A program made the position numbers and the translations under genes. The notes beneath the pieces are model-generated. The model searched no databases and was not told where the DNA came from. It worked only from the letters and a program-made list of their open reading frames with translations. Positions 40,401-52,900 of a stretch of 64,000 bases of DNA are shown piece by piece (the first letter of the stretch is position 1; every line of letters starts with the position of its first letter). The DNA is from Callorhinchus milii (lineage: Eukaryota): positions 114,578,001 through 114,642,000 of the forward strand of contig NW_024704742.1 of NCBI RefSeq assembly GCF_018977255.1, in the 5' to 3' direction.

Positions 40401-40876
40401 TATTGCCACCCCTCCTCCTTTTCTACCTTCTCTATCCTTCCTGAACACATTATATCCTGGAATATTTAACTCCCATTCCTGTCCTGGCTTGAGCCATGTC
40501 TCGGTTACTGCCACTACATGGTAACCCCCTACGGCCAGTTGTACCTGCAGCTCATCAACCTTATTCCCTAAGCTACGTGCATTTAGGTACATGCATTTGA
40601 GGAAATTGTCCGCTTGTACCTGCTCTACACTTCCCACTTGTCTTTTTCCTCTAATCTCTAATCCATTGTTTATCCTTGGATACCCATCCCCCCTCGACAC
40701 TGGTTTAAATCCACCCCTATAGCATTTGATAATCTCTTGGCAAGGAAGCTCACCCCTGCCTTGCTTAAGTGTCACCCATCCTCAAGGTAAAGATCCCACC
40801 TCCCCCAGTAGTGGTCCCAATTGTCCAGAAAACGGAAACCTTCTTTTCCGGACCATTTCTCCAGCCAATCGTTGAT
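37406..40876 (-). mobile_element. CR1 LINE with ORF1 C-terminus and near-complete but disrupted ORF2 (EN+RT)
   Basis: Endonuclease motifs YLNARS, VAVTETWL, GGGVAI, GVYYRP and IMGDFN. RT motifs [10 protein letters not shown] and FADDTK. Upstream SGNH-esterase-like WLEKWSGKEGFRFLDNWDHYWGRWDLY..DG*HL. Frameshifts near 38.8 and 38.55 kb, plus a SINE insertion. Confidence 0.95.
39970..40290 (+). mobile_element. Young tRNA-derived SINE inserted in the CR1 endonuclease domain
   Basis: Full-length copy of the 1448 family. It splits the CR1 reading frame between GVVTL and IGVYYRP. Confidence 0.93.
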
Positions 40877-42206
40877 GTCTAAACGTTTGATGCTGTTTGA
40901 GATAGAGTACCTACTGGGATACAGTGAGATATTGCTTAGTTTTGAGACATTTGCTCTCTTCCAGTTAACTTTTACAACTGTTTGCCTTCATCCGTTGAAT
41001 GCTTTGTGTATTTGCCACTGTGTGTCAAAGTGAAACATATTATCTAGTTAATAGTTAAATAGGATTCAATTTTGCATTTAATTGAGATTTACTGCTATGC
41101 ATTAAATGGTACCATTCACCAGGTGCTGTATACCACATGTACATTGTGAGACGTTGAGTCTGACCCAAGATTGTCTCAGAGCTGAAATCTCATACATTGC
41201 CATTGACAGATGTGGGGAAACCTGGAGAAAAACATTCATGTTATGGGGAGCTCTTCCCAATGTCTCAGCACTCTTAGACATTATCCGGCATGAAATAAGC
41301 TATACAATTGCAAGTTGTTGTTGTTATGCAGTGGTTACACCACTTCAGCATGTTTTCAACCACACTGACAATTATCTGCCATTGGTTTCTTAAAAAGGAC
41401 ATCTATCTGTGGACATTTTTCAACTATTTCTCCAAGGAACATAGTCATTTATATCCAGGGATTTACTAGATTCCCCATATCAGGCAAGATGAAACAGTTT
41501 GTCAGGAATATCAAAAGCTTCTTTCAGAGAACATTGTTTAATACATCACTGTCACTGATTTTCCTTAAAACCATAAATGGTTTTGACAGAGTAAATCAAG
41601 GCTATTTACACTGATTAGTGAGTGGGTATCAAGAGAGCATAAATTGAGAATAAACTAAGCAAAATATCACCAGAAGAAGAATGGAGGTTAGAAGAATTGT
41701 TAACCTCTGGTTTTGGGCTCAATGGTGCTAATGGAATCAGTGTATTCAGTTATCGACTGATCACGTTGACTGTACATTATTCATCAACAATGTGATAACT
41801 CTCAGTGGTGATAATTACCACTTCAGGGGCTGCAATTTTCACCCATTAAAAGGTATTGAGAAAGTGCAGAGGAATGGAATTAGAATAGCTGGATCCAGTG
41901 AGGGAGCTAGCACTAGCACAGGCATGACGGACTATGTGGCTTCCTTTTATACTATATAAATTCTGTGATGCACAAAGAGATGTGATTTGACAAAGATCAG
42001 CATCTCACAATTTACCTAGAAATGTGGCCACATGATGAGCAGGTATAAAGGTATCTGATCTCTTTCAAATCAATATCACAGTGCACTTCAGAATGACCTA
42101 CAAAATGACTGTTAGATATCCAAGACCTCAAAGTTATGATGTTAAGGTTATGAAAGCGTACAGAAGAGATTGACTAGGTTGATACCAGGGATGAGAACCT
42201 TTACTT

Positions 42207-42536
42207 ATAATAATAATATAATAATAATAATCCTTTACATTTGATATAGCACTTTTCACATCGGGAGGACGTCCCAAAGCGCTTCACAGAACACACTGTA
42301 AAGTGAATTGACTGTATATTTGTGGGCGAACGCGGCAGCCAATTGCGCACAGCAATGTCCCACAAACAGTCATAGATTGAAAATGACCAATTTATTATTG
42401 TTTTTGGTTTTGGAAGGATTATTATTAAGCGTGTGGAGTAAGGAAACTTGCCCAAGGTTTCGCCCTGTGCCTGGAATTGAACTCAGGTCTCTCACTTGCA
42501 AAGCGAGTGCTCTAACCCCTGAGCTACAGGACTCCA
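42207..42536 (-). mobile_element. Young tRNA-derived SINE, full length, within a CR1 3' remnant
   Basis: Reverse complement of the 1448 family. The flanks read as CR1 (VQKRLTRLIPGMR...KKRLEKLG). Confidence 0.92.
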
Positions 42537-44820
42537 TAAGAAGACTCTATAAGAAGAGACTGGAGAAACTGGGGATAGAACACATTAGAATATACAGCAC
42601 GGAAACGGGCCATTCGGCCCAACTGGTCTATGCCGGTGTTTATGCTCCACATGAGCCTCCTCCTGCCTTTCCTCAACTAAGCCTTCAAGCATAACCTTCT
42701 ATTCCTTTCTCCCTCATGTACCTATCTAGCTTTCCCTTAAATACTCTGTGAGTGTCAGCTTATGGATTCTGAGTCCCGATGTGGGGCTTGAAATCACAAT
42801 TTTCTGATTGAACAACAATTTTGTTTGCATTTTGCAGTATATAGCGCTTTTCACATGGGGTAGTGACTTAGAGCACTTAGAGGGGCAAGTGCTACTGACT
42901 GAGTTAGACCTGATATGGAATGCTCTGCCACAAACAATGGCTGAAGCAGAATCCACAATAGCTTTTAAAAGGCAATTAGACAAATATATGAAAGAATTAA
43001 GCTCTAAAAGGATACAAAGAAAAAGCAGGTGAGTGACTCTCAATAGATCTGTCTTGAGTGGGTTATCCTGTCTTTCAGCCTTTGGATTCAGAAGTTTCTG
43101 GGTTCAAGCCTTATGAGCTCATAGACTGGCAAGTACAGTACAGAGTTAAATGCTGTCCTTCGGAACAGTAGTCCTTGTTCTGGGTGGACTATTAAAGATC
43201 ATATGACTCTGTTCGTAAAGAGGAAGGAGTTTCTACCGGTGTCCTCACCAACAATGCTTCAGATAAATTGGTCATTCAATTCATGACTGTTTGATGAACC
43301 TAGCTGTGTGCAAAATGACTGCTGCTATGCCTACACTGCACTTGACAGCAATTCCCTTGTGAAGCATTTTGACGTTTATGGGTGCTGTGTCAAATCTAAG
43401 GATATCTAATTAAGAGAGCCATGGTATTAACACCTAATACAATTGATTGCTCAGACTTCGTAGATCACCCTTTTTCTGTGCAGATAATAATTCTCTCCAG
43501 ACCAACTGAACAATTTAGCTGTGTTGCCTTTCTGAATAGGAATAGGTTTGTTCAAGGTTGGAACCATGCTGACAGTGTTTTCAGTTTGTGACCTTCATGT
43601 AGACCTTCAACAGACTATAGAGACCCAAGGATTATTTTTCTTCCTTGGGTACTTCCTTTCCTTATGTGTCAGTGAAAGATTCTTTCTCTGCTTCATTACA
43701 AACGATTGCACTTTTACCAGTCCTACCTTTGAGGTAACTTTTTCTTGAGTTGCTTTTGAAGCTGAAGGATGTTTTTCATGTTTATATAGAGGCCACACTA
43801 ATAAATAATCCTTCCATCTCACATAGTGCCTTCCACATTAGGAGAACGTCTCAAAGCGCTTCACAAGATTTACTGTTAAATGCAGTGGCTGTGTATTTTG
43901 GAGTTGAATGGATACAATGGCTTTTATTAATTTTGTGTAACAATCCACAACTGTTTGTGGGACACTGCTGTGCGCACTTGGCCGCCACTTTTCGCCTACA
44001 AAATATACTTTACAGTATATTCCGCAAAGCGTTTTGAAATGTTTCAGCGACACAAGGCGCTGTACCAAATGGGAGGATTATTATTATTATTATAACAAAT
44101 TGAACTGCTTCATCACATTTTGTAAAATTGCCAGAGCACACACTGTAAGCAGTTGTAAATTTGTAGAATTGTAAAATTCTATTTTGAAGACTATCTGGGG
44201 ACAAGTTTTCATTTTTTGGGAGAGTATCCTTGTCTTCATTGATTTATTTCCATTTTGAAAGAAAAACTGCACAGTTCACCAACTGCACTGACCTCCTATT
44301 GTAAATAGAGAGAACTGACACTGTTTTGGCAAGTACCAAAGAATTTGCCTTTTCTGACATTGTGTTTTCTACTTAAGACTTAAAATGGTTCCTCGGACGT
44401 TCCCTTGGTTTCTTGAGCTGTCATCAATCCAACTGTGTTTCAAAACTTACATAACTGAAGAGCTTTGCTGACCTTTTACAAAAGTCTTCTCAGTATTTCG
44501 GAACAGAGCCAACAAAACAGGAAGCGCTGAATTGCTGACCTCCTTCAATCATTCAGGTCTGAGGATAAAAATTGGTTTTCCACTGCTGTGGAATGTCTAA
44601 TGGTCTCCTGGTTGGCAACATACAGTGTCCCAGTGACACACAGATAGCCGACATCTGTGCAGATCAGCACATCAAACTGTCGTTTTGTTTGACTGCGATT
44701 CTGCACTCGTACAGAAATACCACTGAATAATCTGAGGGTTTGTTGTGAAGCAATGCACCGAGCGTTCATTACCAACCCAGGCACAGGTCAGTTGTGATGG
44801 TCATTGTATCAATAGATGGC

Positions 44821-46378
44821 CTGCCCTGTGCCCACTGCCCTGTGCCCACACTGCCCTGTGCCCACACTGCCCCGTGCCCACTGCCCTGTGCCCACACTGC
44901 CCCGTGCCCACTGCCCTGTGCCCACTGCCCTGTGCCCACACTGCCCTGTGCCCACACTGCCCTGTGCCCACACTGCCCCGTGCCCACTGCCCTGTGCCCA
45001 CACTGCCCCGTGCCCACTGCCCTGTGCCCACACTGCCCTGTGCCCACACTGCCCTGTGCCCACACTGCCCCTGCCCACTTCCCCGTACCCACACTGCCCT
45101 GTGCCCACACTGCCCCGTGCCCACTGCCCTGTGCCCACACTGCCCCGTGCCCACACTGCCCCGTGCCCACACTGCCCCGTGCCCACACTGCCCCGTGCCC
45201 ACACTGCCCTGTGCCCACACTGCCCCGTACCCACACTGCCCTGTGCCTACACTGCCCCGTGCCCACTGCCCTGTGCCCACACTGCCCTGTGCCTGTGCCC
45301 ACACTGCCCTGTGCCCACACTGCCCCGTGCCCACTGCCCTGTGCCCACACTGCCCTGTGCCTGTGCCCACACTGCCCTGTGCCCACACTGCCCTGTGCCC
45401 ACACTGCCCTGTGCCCACACTGCCCCGTACCCACACTGCCCTGTGCCCACACTGCCCTGTGTCTGTGCCCACACTGCCCTGTGCCCACACTGCCCTGTGC
45501 CCACACTGCCCTGTGCCCACACTGCCCTGTGCCCACACTGCCCTGTGCCTGTGCCCACTGCCCTGTGCCCACACTGCCCCGTGCCCACTGCCCTGTGCCC
45601 ACACTGCCCTGTGCCCACACTGCCCTGTGTCTGTGCCCACACTGCCCTGTGCCCACACTGCCCTGTGCCTGTGCCCACACTGCCCTGTGCCTGTGCCCAC
45701 ACTGCCCTGTGCCCACACTGCCCTGTGCCCACACTGCCCCGTGCCCACTGCCCTGTGCCCACACTGCCCTGTGCCTGTGCCCACACTGCCCTGTGCCCAC
45801 ACTGCCCTGTGCCCACACTGCCCTGTGCCCACACTGCCCTGTGCCCACACTGCCCTGTGCCCACACTGCCCTGTGCCCACACTGCCCTGTGCCCACACTG
45901 CCCTGTGCCCACACTGCCCTGTGTCCACACTGCCCTGTGCCTGTGCCCACACTGCCCTGTGCCCACACTGCCCTGTGCCCACACTGCCCTGTGCCTGTGC
46001 CCTGTGCCTGTGCCCTGTGCCCACACTGCCCTGTGTCCACACTGCCCTGTGCCCACACTGCCCTGTGCCCACACTGCCCCGTGCCCACACTGCCCTGTGC
46101 CCACACTGCCCTGTGCCTGTGCCCACACTGCCCTGTGCCCACTGCCCTGTGCCCACACTGCCCTGTGCCTGTGCCCTGTGCCCACACTGCCCTGTGCCCA
46201 CACTGCCCTGTGTCCACACTGCCCTGTGCCCACACTGCCCTGTGCCTGTGCCCTGTGCCCACACTGCCCTGTGCCCACACTGCCCTGTGCCCACACTGCC
46301 CTGTGCCCACTGCCCTGTGCCCACTGCCCTGTGCCCACACTGCCCTGTGCCTGTGCCCTGTGCCCACACTGCCCTGTG
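44821..46378. repeat. Minisatellite (CCCTGTGCCCACACTG)n with 14/16/22-bp variants
   Basis: Directly visible tandem array of ~1.55 kb. Confidence 0.98.
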
Positions 46379-46434
46379 GGTGCAGGTCTCTCGGGGCCCA
46401 GCAGGAGGCGCTGTGGTTGTCAGGCCGGGGCGGG

Positions 46435-46492
46435 ATGGCAGACATGGAGGACAGTGACTGTGGTCGGTGCTCCTGCGGCTCCTGGCATTTCA
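46435..46492 (+). CDS. Putative first coding exon of the XDH/AOX-like gene
   Basis: gggATGG start; translates MADMEDSDCGRCSCGSWHF, then A|gtgagt (consensus donor, phase 1). Joins in frame to the phase-1 acceptor at 55199 (A+TG = Met). Confidence 0.65.
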
Positions 46493-46511
46493 GTGAGTGG
46501 CGGCGGCCCGA

Positions 46512-47081
46512 CCCCGGGGGCAGGGAGGGGGGGCCCGGGGGGGCAGGGAGGGGGGGCCCGGGGGGCAGGGAGGGGGGCCCGGGGGGCAGGGAGGGGGGGC
46601 CCGGGGGGGCAGGGAGGGGGGGCCGGGGGGAGGGGGGGCCCGGGGGGGAGGGGGGCCCGGGGGGCAGGGAGGGGGGGCCCGGGGGGGCCCGGGGGGCAGG
46701 GAGGGGGGGCCCGGGGGGGAGGGGGGGCCCGGGGGGGAGGGGGGGCCCGGGGGGCAGGGAGGGGGGCCCGGGGGGCCCGGGGGGCAGGGAGGGGGGCCCG
46801 GGGGGGCAGGGAGGGGGGGCCGGGGGGGAGGGGGGGCCCGGGGGGCAGGGAGGGAGGGGGGCAGGGAAGGGGGGCCCGCGGGGGCAGGGAGGGGGGGGCC
46901 GGGGGGGAGGGGGGGCCGGGGGGGAGGGGGGCCCGGGGGGGCAGGGAGGGAGGGCCCGGGGGGGCAGGGAGGGGGGGCCCGGGGGGGCAGGGAGGGGGGG
47001 CCGGGGGGGAGGGGGGCCCGGGGGCAGGGAGGGAGGGGGGGCCCGGGAGAGGGGCCCCGGGGGCAGGGAGGGGGGCCCGGG
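46512..47081 (+). repeat. G-rich tandem repeat (GGGGCAGGGAGGGGGGGCCC-like), G-quadruplex potential
   Basis: Dense runs of 3-7 G separated by short linkers, immediately after the exon-1 donor. Confidence 0.93.
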
Positions 47082-47138
47082 CCGCTCTCTGTACCCGCAC
47101 CCCCGGTCCGCGGCCTCGGCACCGGGAGCCAACAACAC

Positions 47139-49958
47139 GGGAGGGGGAGAGAGAGAGGGGGGGAGTGTGTAACACACACACAGAGGGGGAGTGTGTAACA
47201 CACACACAGAGGGGGAGTGTGTAACACACACACAGAGGGGGAGTGTGTAACACACACACAGAGGGGGAGTGTGTAACACACACAGAGGGGGAGTGTGTAA
47301 CACACACACAGAGGGGGAGTGTGTAACACAGAGAGAGGGGGAGTGTGTAACACACAGAGAGAAGGGGAGTGTGTAACACACACACAGGGGGAGTGTGTAA
47401 CACACACACAGAGGGGGAGTGTGTAACACACACACAGAGGGGGAGTGTGTAACACACACACAGGGGGAGTGTGTAACACACACACAGAGGGGGAGTGTGT
47501 AACACACACACAGGGGGAGTGTGTAACACACACACAGAGGGGGAGTGTGTAACACACACACAGGGGGAGTGTGTAACACACACACAGAGGGGGAGTGTGT
47601 AACACACACAGGGGGGGAGTGTGTAACACAGAGAGAGGGGGAGTGTGTAACACACAGAGAGAAGGGGAGTGTGTAACACAGAGAGAGGGTTAGTGTGTAA
47701 CACACAGAGAGAGGGGAGTGTGTAACAGAGAGGGTTAGTGTGTAACACACAGAGAGAGGGGAGTGTGTAACACAGAGAGAGAGGGGGGAGTGTGTAACAC
47801 ACAGAGAGAGAGAGGGGGGAGTGTGTAACACACACAGGGGGGGGAGTGTGTAACACACACAGAGAGAGGGGGGGAGTGTGTAACACACAGAGAGAGGGGG
47901 GGAGTGTGTAACAGAGAGGGGAGTGTGTAACAGAGAGAGAGAGGGGGGAGTGTGTAACAGAGAGAGGGGGGAGTGTGTAACACAGAGAGAGAGGGGGGAG
48001 TGTGTAACAGAGAGGGGAGTGTGTAACACAGAGAGAGAGGGGGGAGTGTGTAACAGAGAGAGGGGGGAGTGTGTAACACAGAGAGAGAGGGGGGAGTGTG
48101 TAACAGAGAGAGGGGGGAGTGTGTAACACAGAGAGAGGGGGTGGGAGTGTGTAACACGGAGAGAGAGAGGGGGGGAGTGTGTAACACAGAGAGAGAGGGG
48201 GAGTGTGTAACAGAGAGAGAGGGGGGAGTGTGTAACACAGAGAGGGGAGTGTGTAACACAGAGAGAGAGGGGGAGTGTGTAACACAGAGAGGGGAGTGTG
48301 TAACACAGAGAGAGAGGGGGAGTGTGTAACACAGAGAGGGGAGTGTGTAACACAGAGAGAGGGGGGAGTGTGTAACAGAGAGAGAGATAAATTGGTCATT
48401 TTCAATCTACGACTGTTTGTGGGACATTGCTGTGCGCAATTGGCTGCCGCGTTCGCCCACAAATATACAGTCAATTCACTTTACAGTGTGTTCTGTGAAG
48501 CGCTTTGGGACGTCCTCCTGACGTGAAAAGCGCTATATCAAATGCAAGGATTATTATTATTATTATTAGAGGGGGTGGGAGTGTGTAACACGGAGAGAGA
48601 GAGGGTGGGAGTGTGTAACACGGAGAGAGAGAGGGGGGAGTGTGTAACAGAGAGGGTGGGAGTGTGTAACACGGAGAGAGGGGGAGTGTGTAACACAGAG
48701 AGAGGGGAGTGTGTAACACAGAGAGAGAGGGGGGAGTGTGTAACAGAGAGAGGGGGGGAGTGTGTAACACAGAGAGAGGGGGTAGGAGTGTGCAACACAC
48801 AGAGAGGGAGTGGGAGTGTGTAACACAGAGAGAGAGGGGAGTGTGTAACACAGAGAGAGGGGGGGGAGTGTGTAACACAGAGAGAGAGAGGGGAGTGTGT
48901 AACACAGAGAGAGGGGGGGAGTGTGTAACACAGAGAGAGAGGGGGTAGGAGTGTGCAACACACAGAGAGGGAGTGGGAGTGTGTAACATGGAGAGAGAGA
49001 GGGGGAGTGTGTAACAGAGGGGGGGGGGAGTGTGTAACAGAGAGAGAGGGGGGGAGTGTGTAACACACAGAGAGGGAGTGGGAGTGTGTAACACGGAGAG
49101 AGAGAGGGGGAGTGTGTAACAGAGAGAGAGAGGGGGTAGGAGTGTGCAACACACAGAGAGGGAGTGGGAGTGTGTAACACGGAGAGAGAGAGGGGAGTGT
49201 GTAACACAGAGAGAGGGGGGGGAGTGTGTAACAGAGAGAGAGGGGGGAGTGTGTAACACACAGAGAGGGAGTGGGAGTGTGTAACACGGAGAGAGAGAGG
49301 GGGAGTGTGTAACAGAGGGGGGGAGTGTGTAACAGAGAGAGAGGGGGGGAGTGTGTAACACGGAGAGAGAGAGAGGGGGGAGTGTGTAACAGAGGGGGGG
49401 GGAGTGTGTAACACAGAGAGAGAGAGGGGGGAGTGTGTAACACAGAGAGAGGGGGAGTGTGTAACGGGGGGGGGGGGGAGAGTGTAAGACACAGAGAGAG
49501 AGGGGTGGGATTGTGTAACACACACAGAGGGGGGAGTGTGTAACACATAAGAGAGGGGGGGAGTGTAACACACAGAGGGGGGAGTGTGTAACACAGAAAG
49601 AGAAGGGGGGAGTAATAGAGAGAAAGAGAGGGGAGTGTGTAACATATTGAGAGAGGGGGGAGAGTGTGTAACAGAGAGGGAGGGGGGGGTTGTGTAACAC
49701 AGAGAGAGGGGGGAGTGTGTAACACACACAGAGAGAGGGGGTGGAAGTGTGTAACACAGAGAGGGGCGAGTGTGTAACACACAGAGGGGGGAGTGTGTAA
49801 CACAGAGAGAGAGGGGGGAGTGTGTAACACAGAGAGGGGGGGAGTGTGTAACACACACAGGGGGCGAGTGTGTAACACACAGAGAGAGGGGGGAGTGTGT
49901 AACACAGAGAGAGGGGGGGAGTGTGTAACACAGAGAGAGAGGGGGAGTGTGTAACACA
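47139..49958. repeat. Minisatellite with constant GAGTGTGTAAC core and variable (AC)/(AG)/G linkers
   Basis: Directly visible array of ~2.8 kb, interrupted once by a SINE fragment. Confidence 0.97.
48387..48568 (+). mobile_element. 5'-truncated young SINE (core and tail) inside the minisatellite
   Basis: ATAAATTGGTCATTTTCAATCTACGACTG...AAATGCAAGGA(TTA)n, near-identical to the 3' half of 39970-40290. Confidence 0.93.
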
Positions 49959-52900
49959 TCGAGTGTGTGTGTTACAAAGAGACAGAGGCAGTTACTTAAT
50001 GAGAGTGTGTTCCCGAAAGAATGTGCATGTGTTTCTGACAGTTACGTATTGAGAGTGTGTGTTACGGCGTGCGTTTGTTCTTGAGGAGAGTGTGTGTGTT
50101 ACTGAGAGAAAGGGTGAGTGCGTTACGGAGTGTGTGTGTACGTGTTACAGAGTGTGTCCGTGTTATTGAGAGCGTTTCAGAGAGAGAGAGAAGTTTATTG
50201 AGAGAGAGAGAGAGAGTGCCTTTGCCTTCCCGGAGGTCATCAGCAGTGTCCTAGACACACTTAGCTTAGGAACTGGCCTACCGAGTCCGCCAAGAGAGTT
50301 TTTGGTCTGTGATCTCAAGCCCTTCCTTCACACCTGCTCAGTGGTCCTCATTTTTGTAAAGCGCTCAGAGATGTGACAATTATTATACGTTCAGAAAGGA
50401 GCACACTTTAAGAAGTTCTCCTGTATTGATGGACATGGTGATACTTTCCTTGTACCGGTTCCATTTAAATAACATAAGATTTCCCATGACCAAGCAAGTC
50501 ATAAAGAGACCAACACTTTTTCTTTTAATTTTCAGTCAAGTTATTTTTCAATATTTCACTGAAATTTCACCTCTGGCTTCATTATTTCTTGCCATGCTGC
50601 AGAGGCGGGGGTGGGAAGGGAGAAAGATCAAATGTTTCTGTGTGTGTAGTAAATATTGAATTTATATGCCAATTATAAGACTTGGCGACTTACAGAAAAA
50701 GCCTGAATGAAGCAGACAGAACGCCTTGGAATACAAATTGAGGTTTTCTGCGGGTTGTAAACTGATGTTTCTGCACAGTTCTCTTGACACAGTTAATTCC
50801 TTTTGCGATTTTGATAGAAAGCTCCAAATGGGTGGAATACATTTATCAGGCTGCACTGTTGTTTCACAGGTGTTCAAATCCTGGTGCAAAACACTCACAT
50901 TAAGCGGTTTGTAGTGTGAAATACGGGTAATATGTAGCGCTGTTTCTAAGATGTACATCTATGGTAAGAGCCTTTTATTTTCTCGAATAGCAACCACAAC
51001 CCACCTATTTTTGTGGGTGAGTGCACAGTATTTACCTATAATTGTGCTTTTAATAACCTCAATATTTTACTTTTATCGCTTTGCTTGGCAGATTATTCCA
51101 CATTTAAACATTATGAAGTGTTTTCCTGATATCTAGGTACTTTTCACTATTTTCCATTCAAATCCACCGTTTGTACTTTCTTGGCTTGCTATGGGACTAG
51201 CGTCTGAGTTGGACTTATCTATAATTGTAATATTTTATATACTTTTGTGAAGTTCCCCTTTAACCCTAGTTTCAGGCTGTAAAGATAGTTTCTCTAATCA
51301 CTCTGCAGAGCTCCGCACTAGAGTTGCAATGCTGTCATGGTAAATTTTAGGGAAAATCCTGGATTAATCATGCTAAAATGTCAGAAGTCAAGGCAATCCT
51401 GAGGAGCCACAGATGTGTTTTTGGGGTCACCAAACCACTTTTATTTTGCTGTGTTTTTTTTTACAGATATGCCTTGGAAATTGGAGACATTTGAAATAAG
51501 TGAAACCCTTGCCAGAGTGCAGTACTGAATAGGAACATTTTATGTCTTTTCCTCGGTTTAGACACTCCTCCGCTCGCCCTCTCCTCGGTTACCTCCTGGC
51601 TGCATGTCTCCCTACCCTCTACACCTTCAATTCCTTCCCTCTACCCCTCTGTCTCGCCTCCCACCCTTATCAGTCTTTTAGCCATTCTCTCCTCTCCTCG
51701 CTGTCCAAACCCGTCTTTGTAAAGCACTCAGATGTTATGCTATGTAAAGTTGGTATGCAAATGCAAGTTATTGTTTTAGAAGCTATGGACACTTTATTGG
51801 ATGACCAGTAGTTTCATTACTGAACAAATTTTAAAAAATTGGATTAAAAACAGTCTCATCTTAGAAGCATATTATAGGGTAATTAATACCTTTTTAACTG
51901 GCTGAATGATCACTTAAACAGGGATCAAAAGGATAAATAGTTTGGGCATCTTGCAACCGCAAGCTGATTGACAAGCTTGTCTGGCTGTATTATATTACTT
52001 GGTATAATGTGAAGGCTGTTTCCATGAAAATTTTATTTCATGCTGGCATTTAAGTGCTCCAAGACGCTACCATGCGTGAAGGGCGCTATATAGATGCAAG
52101 TTGTTATTTGTTGTTGTTGTTATGTCTATCTGGATAAGTTGCTGTGGACAGCGCTCAAATATAGACTAGAATCATATTTTGAATACATGTGTTTATCTTT
52201 TGTATCTTTCCATCATTAACAGAAGAGAAAAAAAAGTCGAATTTGGGATTACTGTAGAATGAGATCTCTGAGAGAGTGAAATGTTTAGACTGATAATAGA
52301 TATCGGCAGTTATGCCACAGAAAGCTTCTAAGTATAGGAAATGTTTTTGTGTTTTTTTTGAGACAAAGTATACTCTACCATGCCAGCAGCCCTTCGATCA
52401 GTGAAGGGTTTTACACTGTATCTGCTAAAGTAGCTCTTTCATAAGTCCAGTAACCGTCCACCTCCAAGTTTTCACTTTGGGCTTGAACCTAGAGGTGAAG
52501 AGGATTTACCTACTGAGCCAAATAATAATAATCTTTGCATTTGATAAAGCACTTGGTTACATCAAACATCTCAAGATTTTCTATAAAGCTTAAAGACTGT
52601 GTACTTGTAGGTGAACAGCCAATTTGTGCACAGGAGTGTCCCACAAACAGTCACAAACTGAATGATCATATTTTTTTCCCCTGCGGGGGATTAGTGGCCA
52701 GATCATTGGATGCAAGAAATATAATATTGACGCACTTATCCACCTGTCTTCAATATTCTTAACATTTGTCTTTCCTTTGTGTCCTACATGATTTAGTTGC
52801 TAACCTACAGTATCCACACATAATCTTTCCGAGGATCAGGGAAAGTCAATATCACATAGAGCACTCTATTGAAAGGTTCCCAGTGAGAATATTCACACTT

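Larger units (their letters stand above)
46379..47140 (+). promoter_or_regulatory. GC/CpG-rich region at the putative 5' end of the XDH/AOX-like gene
   Basis: High GC and CpG density. GC box GGGGCGGG lies just before an ATG in strong Kozak context (gggATGG). Confidence 0.5.

Noticed and set aside
43548..44784. Short - strand ORFs and a GTAAGT donor near 44450 suggesting a divergent transcript
   Set aside because: No recognisable product and no consistent exon chain.
47139..49958. CRISPR-like look (constant core with variable spacers)
   Set aside because: The spacers are low-complexity AC/AG/G runs, there are no cas genes, and the context is eukaryotic.
44745..49959. Very long ORFs (up to 1194 aa) of Cys/His/Pro or Gly/Pro repeats on both strands
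   Set aside because: They are open in several frames at once because the tandem units lack stop codons. There are no domains or splice support, apart from the 58-nt exon inside.
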